From Candidatus Spechtbacteria bacterium (GTDB lineage: Bacteria > Patescibacteriota > Minisyncoccia > Spechtbacterales > JACPHP01), in the NCBI GenBank assembly GCA_016188605.1, contig JACPHP010000015.1, forward strand, positions 18,833 through 82,832: a DNA stretch of 64,000 nucleotides, read 5' to 3'. Shown here piece after piece: positions 48,822-56,869 of this stretch. Position 1 is the stretch's first letter. Every line of letters begins with the position of its first letter. The notes below the pieces were generated by a model. That model did not search any database and was not told where the DNA came from. It was given only the letters and a program-made list of their open reading frames with translations. Made by a program: the position numbers and the translations under genes.

Positions 48822-50645
48822 GTGCTAACATCATTAGTTCCAGTCGAGTCATTACTCGACCCCGTTCTTGCTGCCGCAGTATGGCCTGAAAGTATTACAA
48901 GCAATGAAGTTTTCAAACAACAGCTTGAACGGCGCAGGGAGCTGATAAAACGCCTCGAAGACGTCATTTGCTCTCTGCCCCGGCCAGATATGCCTATCGG
49001 GACAGCTATTGATCTGGGGTATATCACCGAGGAACAAGTTGCGGCACTCTATGAATCTCTAAGCGATTTGCTGCAAGACCCGTACTACAAGCGCATTGTC
49101 TTCTATCTTCCATTTGAATTCTTGCCCAACAGAACGTGGGACCATTTCGGGGAAAAACTCCGACAGGTCGCTAGACTATTTAGGCAGGTATACATGGATG
49201 CTTGGTGGCATCTGCTTCTAGTGCAAGACGTACGCGCCAATTTCGTAGATGGCGACGTGCTTGAAGTAGGGCAGAGAGTCGGCGACTTGCCGCGAGTAGT
49301 GAAGGCGGCTCATCTCATACCCAAGCTCGTTGAAAACGGCTTGCTAGAGATTGAGGACGTCATATCTCTCATGGAAAAAGCCAACGATCAGGTGCTGAAA
49401 GATAGCATTGCCGATGCGCTCCCCGTTCTAGCAGATATGGGATTTATTCCAGATACAGAAGCTGACACAGAATCAGCTGAAGCAACACCAAAGCCGATTA
49501 CGCTTACATATGTTCGCAAAAAATTGGATAAAGCGTTCTCTAGAATAGATACTGAAGATTTCGGCAGTATCACGAAGGGTCGAAAAAATTGGCTTGTACA
49601 AAAAAAGAGGCAAGAAGCCATCGATGCCGCTGGAGAAGATATATGCACAGCAATCGTTCGAGGAGAGCTCTCTAATGAAATAACGGCGAGCTTTCTCGCT
49701 TACGGAGATTCTGCTATGCAGCGAGTGCTTGTCGAAGGAATTAGAGCGGCCATTGAGTCCGTCGCGCTAACTAACGTTAGCAGGGCGCACGCACTGTACG
49801 CTCAGTATAAAGAAACTTTGCTAGCACTTTGGGAGAGCGACGATCCTGATATCGGGGAAGCGCTATCCAAAACTTTCCGCCGGCTCCATTACCTCGGTAT
49901 TGTTGATGACCAACGGCTGTCGGAGTTAGGAATAGTCATTCCACGTCTCGCAGGACCTTTCTCTAAAAATCTTAGGTCAATGGGAAAGGACTTGCGCGAT
50001 ATAGAAACGATGGCCGCGTCTATCAAATGCAACAGCGAGCTGTCGCGGCTCATATACCCGGGGGTTCTCATGTACGGCTCGCGCATCAAGGGATACGGCG
50101 CGCAAAATTCTGATATTGACCTTGCCGTATTTGTGAGGCCGGGAACGCCTTTTGCTGGCAGGTCGGAGCTACAAAAACTACTTGGACAAACTTTCGCGCA
50201 TAATGCGATTCGCGGCCAAGTTGTTGAATTCTGGCTGGAAGAAAAGGGCGAGATACTTCGAATTCGTGACTTCAATAGTTCTGATGTATATCTGGGAGAA
50301 AGCTATTGGACACATGTCCTGTTTGGCGCCGTATGGATGGGCGGCGATGATACAATACGTGAGTTGTATGAAAAACTGCTGACTCCATATATGCGCGATG
50401 ACGGTAATATAATTTTTGGCCGCGGCGCAATAAGCATCTACTTGGAGGAAACAGAACGAGACACTCTACAGTACAGGTTGATGCATAAAGGATATGAACG
50501 ATTCTTCCCGCCATGCGGCGGCATACACACACCCCATTCAGATAGAATTAATGATAGTAGCATGTTCTGGGATTCGGGATACAGGCAACTTGCAACAATG
50601 CTGTTTGTAAGCAGAGTTTTTCTGCCGAATATCCCAGTTGTATAA
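48822..50645 (+). CDS. Large protein with C-terminal pol-beta-type nucleotidyltransferase domain (GS...DID minimal NTase core)
   Basis: 607 aa. LMYGSRIKGYGAQNSDIDLAVFV fits hG[GS]x9-13Dh[DE]h. ~400-aa helical N-terminal region of unknown type. Strong SD, GTG start. Confidence 0.5.
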   Translation: MLTSLVPVESLLDPVLAAAVWPESITSNEVFKQQLERRRELIKRLEDVICSLPRPDMPIGTAIDLGYITEEQVAALYESLSDLLQDPYYKRIVFYLPFEFLPNRTWDHFGEKLRQVARLFRQVYMDAWWHLLLVQDVRANFVDGDVLEVGQRVGDLPRVVKAAHLIPKLVENGLLEIEDVISLMEKANDQVLKDSIADALPVLADMGFIPDTEADTESAEATPKPITLTYVRKKLDKAFSRIDTEDFGSITKGRKNWLVQKKRQEAIDAAGEDICTAIVRGELSNEITASFLAYGDSAMQRVLVEGIRAAIESVALTNVSRAHALYAQYKETLLALWESDDPDIGEALSKTFRRLHYLGIVDDQRLSELGIVIPRLAGPFSKNLRSMGKDLRDIETMAASIKCNSELSRLIYPGVLMYGSRIKGYGAQNSDIDLAVFVRPGTPFAGRSELQKLLGQTFAHNAIRGQVVEFWLEEKGEILRIRDFNSSDVYLGESYWTHVLFGAVWMGGDDTIRELYEKLLTPYMRDDGNIIFGRGAISIYLEETERDTLQYRLMHKGYERFFPPCGGIHTPHSDRINDSSMFWDSGYRQLATMLFVSRVFLPNIPVV

Positions 50646-50648
50646 AAT

Positions 50649-50677
50649 AAAGCCGTTGGTTTCACCAACGGCTTTTG
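50649..50677 (+). terminator. Hairpin aaagccgttggt-ttca-ccaacggcttt followed by tg/taatt
   Basis: Immediately after the 48822-50645 stop, between convergent genes. Confidence 0.55.
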
Positions 50678-50746
50678 TAATTGAAGAAGACCACCCCGCA
50701 ACTGCAAGGTGGCCTCAATTTTATAGATTAAAGAACAAAAAACGAA

Positions 50747-51892
50747 TTAGTTACCGCTACGGCGGTGTTCAGTGCCAATACCGGTAAGCCGTTTACTTGC
50801 AGACGCGCTGGCGCTGAGCTGGTCCCAGGGAATCTGGGAGCCAAGCATGTACAGCGCGCCAAAGTACTGCAATTCTTCATTGCCGGCTGGCTGATCCTTG
50901 ACCCGCATGACCGCCAACACGAATCGAGTCAGGTTGGTCTCCAGCCGCGGATACGTGGCAGAAACCGCTACACCGAGCTGTCGAATCATCTGGTCACGGT
51001 TAGCGGCACCGATCAACGCTGGCAGACGGGTATTTTCCAGGGTTTCTTTGATCTTGGATGCGTCATAAGCGAGCGCAGCCGCGATCTGAACTCCCGTTCC
51101 CGCAAAAACCTTGTTTACAGAATCGGCCATTGCATCTGCTGCGTCACGCAGCCCGCCTGTATCCGGCGGCTGCATCATGCCCGAAGGCATAGCGCCACCA
51201 CCGCCGACCATCGCCATCATGGCATTCATCATAAGAGCAGGATTTGCTGCGCCCTGCACCCACGCATCCTGCCAGGATTTAAGCTGTCCATAGAAAGTCG
51301 TAATCGCTGGCCAAAGATGCTCATCAATGCGCTGAAAAAGCTGCTTCTTTCGCGCTTCAGTCACATACGAACCATCCAAACCGTCGATCGCCGCAAAGAT
51401 CTCAGCATAGCTGCGTCGCGTCATTTCCTTTCGAAGCTTAAAAAACTCCGGATCAACCTGCTCTTCGTTCGTATCCGCAAATCTCTCCATCAAGCCAGCG
51501 AGCACATCCGGGATACTGAAGAGGCCTGCCCGGTATGCCAGTGCCGCCCGAACTGCCGAAATAACAGTGGATTGATCAACCTTGAGGATTCCACCAGTTC
51601 GAAGCGCTTCCAGCCAAGAAGCATCGGTGGGCACTGCGGGAAGCACAGCATCAAAAGAAATGGCTCCCATTGTACTTACTGCGGGCGGCTCAGCCACTGG
51701 CTTAGCCGGTGCAAGCGCTTTGAGCAAATTCCTTGCCGGCAATACTTTCATGCCGACTCCGACGAGGTCTTGCTCTGTCAAACCAGCCAGATCTTCCACG
51801 GTCGTAGCACCAAGATCAGAAATAATCTTCTCAATCACTTCAGATGCAACGCCCATAGACTCAAGTTTGGCAGTTACTTCAGTGACTTCCAT
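50747..51892 (-). CDS. Hypothetical protein with N-terminal tandem helix-hairpin-helix-like segment
   Basis: GVASEVIEKIISDLGATTVEDLAGLTEQDLVGVGMKVLPARNLLKAL. SD AAAGGGG 8 nt upstream of ATG. Confidence 0.4.
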   Translation of the reverse strand: MEVTEVTAKLESMGVASEVIEKIISDLGATTVEDLAGLTEQDLVGVGMKVLPARNLLKALAPAKPVAEPPAVSTMGAISFDAVLPAVPTDASWLEALRTGGILKVDQSTVISAVRAALAYRAGLFSIPDVLAGLMERFADTNEEQVDPEFFKLRKEMTRRSYAEIFAAIDGLDGSYVTEARKKQLFQRIDEHLWPAITTFYGQLKSWQDAWVQGAANPALMMNAMMAMVGGGGAMPSGMMQPPDTGGLRDAADAMADSVNKVFAGTGVQIAAALAYDASKIKETLENTRLPALIGAANRDQMIRQLGVAVSATYPRLETNLTRFVLAVMRVKDQPAGNEELQYFGALYMLGSQIPWDQLSASASASKRLTGIGTEHRRSGN

Positions 51893-51914
51893 TTTCTTTA
51901 CCCCTTTCGCGGTT

Positions 51915-53300
51915 CTACCTGCACATCTTATCCCGCTCGGTACTTCCCAGCGAGATCATTCTAACTTGCACTCCCAGCTTTTCTCCAATTATACTGGCAC
52001 AAAACGAGTAAAGCTCGCTTGGTGTGGCGGGCGATGGAACTTTCAGGGTCGTAATTTCCGGCTTGCAGCGCGAAAGCTGTTTGCCGAGCGATTCCTGATA
52101 TTCCAACTGATTGTTATCCGTTCCCACACGGACTTTGATTGCGCCCGTGGGCGTAAAATATGTAGGATCGTCCGCGCCGAGATAACGGTCGCATATACGC
52201 CACTCTCCGTTAGCCACAATTTGATCGAACCATGTGACGGCCAGGCCATTGAATGCATTTGGGCCGCCGCAAACTTCTATAGCGTAACGAAGTAAAACGA
52301 GATCCAGCGCCCCTACGCGCACTTCTCCCTGATAGCGGTTGCTTTCTTTGTGACTGCCTGGAAGCAATCTTTCTGCCATCTCGGGATTGGCAGTAGGCAT
52401 CGGACCCGCACCGTGGCGAATTGCGTATGCTCGGAACACTCCGAAATTCACAATCTCTCCGTCGTAGCCAGCATCTATAAGCATCGCTTGCGTAAAGCAC
52501 GGCAATGTTCGAATGGCGCTTACGTGCGGATAGAAACCGTGAAAGTGATCGGTGATAACTCCGTGCGAGCTTTCAACTACAACCACACCGTCCCGAGCAA
52601 GGACTTCTCGCTCAAGATATTCATGGCCGACAATCTTAGCTCGCCGCGATACTTCTTCAAACCGTTCGGCAATATAGTCGAGGAAGCCGTCATCATAAAG
52701 AAGAGCAACTTCCTTTTGCATCGCCTCACGGTCGCTAGGCAAGAACTCGCCGCCAATAGTCTCGTTGAGATCGCTGCGTATTTGCTCTCGCACGCAAACA
52801 AGCAAATCTTTCAGATCGGGCCGCGACAAATCGCAGGCTCGAATCGTAAGATCCGGATACTGTTGCAAATAGCGATACGCTTCACCAACGCCTGTGCCAA
52901 TCGTGCCGCGAGGATTATTACCACGTGACATTTCTTTCAGGCGCGACGCAATTCCGTGATAAGGCGTGGCGCACAATGCCATTTCATCTACCGTCAGCAG
53001 ACCAAACGGATTGTGTATGCCGTGCTGATATCGAAGTGCGTCAGACTCATTAAGTAAACCTTCTGGAGAAACGATAAACCGAGCGGAGATATGCGTGTTA
53101 ATGCCTTCGAATGTGCCGCATCCCCACTGGCTGAAAGCAAAGCTCTCGCCACGCGAAGTGCGGACACCGTGGCTTCCCTGCGCGCCTCCGACTTTCACGA
53201 CGGTGTGGGCACGCATCATTGTTGCGATTTTGTGCACCACACCGCCCTTGCCGCCGTCACCAGGACCGAGGTCGGTGACGGTGTAGACTTTCTTGGTCAT
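51915..53300 (-). CDS. Divergent adenylosuccinate-synthetase (PurA)-like enzyme
   Basis: P-loop GPGDGGKGGVVHK (PurA GDEGKGK); VKVGGAQGSHGV (PurA GGHNAGHT); NPRGTIGTGVGEAY (PurA TTGRGIGPAY); ESSHGVITDHFHGFYPHVSA (PurA [21 protein letters not shown]); HGAGPMPT (PurA RVGAGPFPT). The aspartate-binding TTGRRRRTGW loop is replaced by SNRYQGEVRVG. ATG at 53300 with GAGGAAGGTGG SD. Confidence 0.6.
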   Translation of the reverse strand: MTKKVYTVTDLGPGDGGKGGVVHKIATMMRAHTVVKVGGAQGSHGVRTSRGESFAFSQWGCGTFEGINTHISARFIVSPEGLLNESDALRYQHGIHNPFGLLTVDEMALCATPYHGIASRLKEMSRGNNPRGTIGTGVGEAYRYLQQYPDLTIRACDLSRPDLKDLLVCVREQIRSDLNETIGGEFLPSDREAMQKEVALLYDDGFLDYIAERFEEVSRRAKIVGHEYLEREVLARDGVVVVESSHGVITDHFHGFYPHVSAIRTLPCFTQAMLIDAGYDGEIVNFGVFRAYAIRHGAGPMPTANPEMAERLLPGSHKESNRYQGEVRVGALDLVLLRYAIEVCGGPNAFNGLAVTWFDQIVANGEWRICDRYLGADDPTYFTPTGAIKVRVGTDNNQLEYQESLGKQLSRCKPEITTLKVPSPATPSELYSFCASIIGEKLGVQVRMISLGSTERDKMCR

Positions 53301-53310
53301 CGTCGCCACC

Positions 53311-53350
53311 TTCCTCGGTACGCCGAAGTCTCGCTTGGCGAGACTTCGGC
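53311..53350. promoter_or_regulatory. Perfect 17-bp-stem palindrome ggtacgccgaagtctcgc-ttgg-cgagacttcggcgtacc inside the cassette operon, abutting the PurA-like SD
   Basis: Direct reading. No T-run, so more likely a processing/stability or attenuator element than a terminator. Confidence 0.4.
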
Positions 53351-53379
53351 GTACCTTTCAATCTTGATTTGGTAACTGG

Positions 53380-54537
53380 CTAGAGCCAGTTGGGTCCGTC
53401 GTCGGAGTCCTCGTCTTCGGAATCTCCAGAAGTAGCCGAATCAATTTCACTAGGATCGACCGGCCAGAGGTCGGTCTTTTCCCTGAAAAGATCGCCGGCC
53501 TTCGGAAGCTTATCGAAGTTCGGAGAAAGCATCTGAGCTCCGAGAGGAATATGCGCAACTGCGTGAATAATCTGACGCGCACTGAATTCTGAAACATTAT
53601 GCTCCGTAAGAAATTCCAAAGCAGACCCCAGGCTCAGCACGCCCTCCATGAGACCGATGATTATTGCCTTTACACAGTGCAGGTTGTTCGTACCTTCAGG
53701 AAGCATAACGAAATGACCAGCTCCATACAAATCGCTCCACTGATCTGCAACATCCCGACGATTTCCAACCTGCAAAAAGAAGGCATGCGCCTTGGTCTGT
53801 AGATCCCTGACTACTTGCGCGGTGTTAGGCAGTTTTCCATTACTGAAGTCATAACCATTTTCTTTGGCATGCTCCAGTACGTCATCTCCGTAAATCTTCT
53901 TCAGCCAACGCGGATCGATAGTTTCAACGATCGGCTCGTCAGAGATCGTGAAGTGATAGTACTTCAAGCCCCATCGGTTAATCGCTGCATTAGTCAAGTA
54001 CACAGCGCCGAAAAGACCGAACTGTGGATCTTCCTTGCCGTTACCTTGACCCCTACGGCCAGGCACTAAATGAGTCATCTGGGAAGCAATTTTCTCGTCC
54101 ATCTCAAATTGAGTACGACATAGCACAGGCACGTCTTCTCCATCTTCAACGTCGTTGAATATGGCAGTTGCAATCTGAACGTCATATCGACCTAAAATAG
54201 GACGACTGCCGCTGGTCAGCATCTCGTAAGAACTAGGCAAGACATCAAATGCTGTATCTACGTTGCCCCCCATAGAACCGGTTGTATCTAGCAAATCTTC
54301 TTCAGCCATAGGAATACCGCAAGTCAGGACCCATAAGTTACCGCGCTTCTCAAAACGCGGCAGAGATCGACGAATGGGCCCGAGATGAGCAGGTCCTTTC
54401 GGATCCACCAGCGGATCTAGACCTTGTCCTTGGTGCATTCGCTCTTCAGCACCGCTGGTAGCTTTCTTGGTTCCATTAGACGTAGCGCTATAACGAACTC
54501 CGGTATAACCAGACCTTGAAAATGTATTCTTCCCCAT
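53380..54537 (-). CDS. Hypothetical protein with vWA-like (MIDAS DxTxS) segment and acidic C-terminal tail
   Basis: LLDTTGSMGG MIDAS-like motif. C-terminal SGDSEDEDSDDGPNWL. SD AAAGGGG upstream. Confidence 0.4.
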   Translation of the reverse strand: MGKNTFSRSGYTGVRYSATSNGTKKATSGAEERMHQGQGLDPLVDPKGPAHLGPIRRSLPRFEKRGNLWVLTCGIPMAEEDLLDTTGSMGGNVDTAFDVLPSSYEMLTSGSRPILGRYDVQIATAIFNDVEDGEDVPVLCRTQFEMDEKIASQMTHLVPGRRGQGNGKEDPQFGLFGAVYLTNAAINRWGLKYYHFTISDEPIVETIDPRWLKKIYGDDVLEHAKENGYDFSNGKLPNTAQVVRDLQTKAHAFFLQVGNRRDVADQWSDLYGAGHFVMLPEGTNNLHCVKAIIIGLMEGVLSLGSALEFLTEHNVSEFSARQIIHAVAHIPLGAQMLSPNFDKLPKAGDLFREKTDLWPVDPSEIDSATSGDSEDEDSDDGPNWL

Positions 54538-54567
54538 ATTATTCGCCCCTTTCTTTGCTATACACGC

Positions 54568-55380
54568 CTACAATGATTCCGTAGTGAAAGGATGATACTT
54601 GCGCTCCCAGAGCAAATCGATTAGTTCATAGAACGCCAAGTGCGCTCTTTCCGCGTTGCTCTCGCTACCGCGGGCTAGACGCCAAAGATAGTCTGTGTAC
54701 CTACGAAAAGCCTCGTCGCCGTCATTTGGGATTGTACCCGTTTTTAGGTCGCCTCCCAGCGCAACAACAACCGATTGCGCCGCTTGAGAAATCTCTTGGC
54801 GCCTAACCTCTACGGGAACTGTGTCGGTATGTATCTGCGCGAATGACCATTCAAAAATCACCACATAGTGTTCCTTCGGCTCAATCACTATATTCTTCCC
54901 GCTCAACAAGTTAACCGAGATTCCTTCGTTGTGCAAGAACGCAAGCAACTTGAGAAGTTTGCCCATAATCCATGCGCTAGTGCGCAAATCAACCCGCAGG
55001 CGGTCTTTTGCCGTGATGTTAATCAGCGGCACCATATCGCCTACATTCTCTACATTCCTAAACGCAAAAACATTAACTTGACGCCCGCCCTGCTCAGTAC
55101 AGATGAAGCTATCCATAAGCTCGGGGAAACCAAGCTGGTAGTTAAGAGGTTCATCGGGACGAGCGTACTCCACTTCGAGCTCTTCAGCACGGCGCTGCAG
55201 TTCTTTAAGAATATAGGCGGCACGCTGAAGCGCGCCGTTGTCCTTAGTTTCGTTAGCAATCTGCAAAATATATTCGCGCTTTACTCCTTCCTGCGTACAT
55301 AGGTAAAGCCGATATTTGCCGGCTTCTGCTACCTTTTTGCCGACTTGATAAACGTGATGACCATTGCGTATAGTGATCAC
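54568..55380 (-). CDS. Protein-kinase-like fold protein with degenerate catalytic motifs (atypical kinase or pseudokinase)
   Basis: LHNEGISVNLLSGKNIVIEP resembles the HRDLKPENI catalytic loop with D->N. DFG replaced by IFEWSF. Likely GTG start at 55380, preceded by SD GAAAGGAGGG. The track ORF extends to 55536 through the leader. Confidence 0.4.
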   Translation of the reverse strand: MITIRNGHHVYQVGKKVAEAGKYRLYLCTQEGVKREYILQIANETKDNGALQRAAYILKELQRRAEELEVEYARPDEPLNYQLGFPELMDSFICTEQGGRQVNVFAFRNVENVGDMVPLINITAKDRLRVDLRTSAWIMGKLLKLLAFLHNEGISVNLLSGKNIVIEPKEHYVVIFEWSFAQIHTDTVPVEVRRQEISQAAQSVVVALGGDLKTGTIPNDGDEAFRRYTDYLWRLARGSESNAERAHLAFYELIDLLWERKYHPFTTESL

Positions 55381-55391
55381 CGAATTTCCCT

Positions 55392-55668
55392 CCTTTCGTA
55401 CTTGTATTGTAAAGGGACACAATAAACTAGTGCTGATAGTATTGTGTATAACCTGTCTTGTCAAGAGCGGCGTAAGTAACCCCTCACACCCCTCGTGAGT
55501 CATTGCGAGCCCCAAGGGGGCGTGGCCCGCCAGCAACGCCTTAAGCGTAGCTTTGGCGGGCTGGCAATCCCGCTCGTATGTGGTAACGAGATTGCTTCAC
55601 GCTACGCTCGCAATGACGTATAATAAGATTTTGATATAGGGGGTGTGGGGGGTTACCATAGCGACGCA
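55392..55668 (-). promoter_or_regulatory. Structured ~280-nt 5' leader of the cassette operon (candidate cis-regulatory RNA)
   Basis: 12-nt perfect inverted repeat GTCATTGCGAGC ... GCTCGCAATGAC enclosing ~100 nt of nested G+C-rich stems (agcgtagc/gctacgct, cccgcc/ggcggg). No match to a riboswitch class I can name. Confidence 0.35.
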
Positions 55669-55678
55669 TTATATGGCA

Positions 55679-55706
55679 TGATTCCTAATGCTCAATATAT
55701 TTTAAA
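55679..55706 (-). promoter_or_regulatory. sigma70-like promoter (TTGAGC, 16 nt, TATAAT) reading into the cassette operon
   Basis: Direct reading on the minus strand. Confidence 0.5.
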
Positions 55707-55796
55707 AGAACTTTATTTAAGATTAGCAAATGGTGATAATAGTGTCAATAGTACACTATTAACAGGTTAAAATTTTATGAATTATTTATGCGGTTT

Positions 55797-55838
55797 TGAA
55801 TTTCACTTATCATACACGGCCGTGTATGATAAGTGAAA
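55797..55838. terminator. Perfect 20-bp-arm palindrome atttcacttatcatacacgg-ccgtgtatgataagtgaaat
   Basis: One of a run of hairpins (also 55920-55945 and 55960-56000) downstream of the 16S 3' end. Confidence 0.5.
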
Positions 55839-56161
55839 TTCAAAATGTTAACAAAATAATCCACCTATGATAAAGCAGAGGCAATAAGTATCACAAACAA
55901 AACAAACTAGTTCTTCGGGGACGGCAGAAATGCCGTCCCTTTTTCATACAATGCAAAACCCTCTGCCTTAGGCAGAGGGTTTTGCATAACTGACAGAATC
56001 ATTGCGTAAAGAAAATTTCTTATCCGCCTCAGGCGGAACATTGAACATCTAAGAGTTGCTCCAAATTGGTAACTCTTTTCTTGCGAAAAGAGATTTTAGT
56101 CTCAGACATTTGAAGGCTTTGAGACTAACGCCTTGCCTACCTTTAGCTAATCATACAGAAG

Positions 56162-56196
56162 CTTTTCCGCCAAAGGCGGATCAGCCTCCGGCTGAA
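56162..56196. repeat. Twin-hairpin G+C-rich repeat, inverted copy at the 16S side of the foreign cassette
   Basis: Reverse complement reads ttcagccggaggctgatccgcctttggcggaaaagc. 33/35 match to 48279-48313. Confidence 0.65.
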
Positions 56197-56344
56197 GCGA
56201 AGGCGGGCAGATATTAAAGCACGAATTCGATGCTTCAATATCGTCGACTCCCGATATTGTATCAAGCAAAAGCTTAATAAAAAATCAAGAAAAAATGATC
56301 CATCCACAGCTTCCGCTACGGATGCCTTGTTCATGTTTACCTGT

Positions 56345-56790
56345 ACTTTTCAATACAGCACGGACTATATCTTCATCCTTTTGTTTTGTAACAATCCGCC
56401 TGAGGCGGACAAAAAGGAGCCAACGTGTAGTCTCTACGGGGTTAATGTGTGCTAAATGATGGGGGCGAGAGAACGCGCTCTCTCGCCTTGATGAAAGAAA
56501 TAAAATGCATTCGTGCTCTTTGTGCGGGCGATTTTTCGGCTTGGGTATGCATCCCCGCGCCGATATAACGTGCGCGGCCACGCTCACTAGCACTTTGCGC
56601 ACAAGTTACACAGAACTACTTCATTCTCCCATCATTCAGCACACATAACTTCCCTCGGTATTGCCTTCATTCCTTTATTATACAACGAATGTCACATAAT
56701 AAAGAGGAGGGTTTCACCGATACAGTTAGATTTTGCAATTGCCTTGCGGCAAAAGGTCGCAACGACCAGAATGGTCTGACGACTTCGTCC
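56345..56790 (-). mobile_element. ORF-less group I intron at the 16S ~S1506 site (between GAAGTCGT and AACAAGG)
   Basis: Exon comparison with E. coli 16S. S-element GATGAAGATATAGTCCGTG at 56384-56365. Confidence 0.55.
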
Positions 56791-56869
56791 TTGTCACTGA
56801 TCTTACCGTGGGCCCACTTACGTGAGACTTCGGGTACTACCAGCTTCACTGACGTGACGGGCGGTATCG

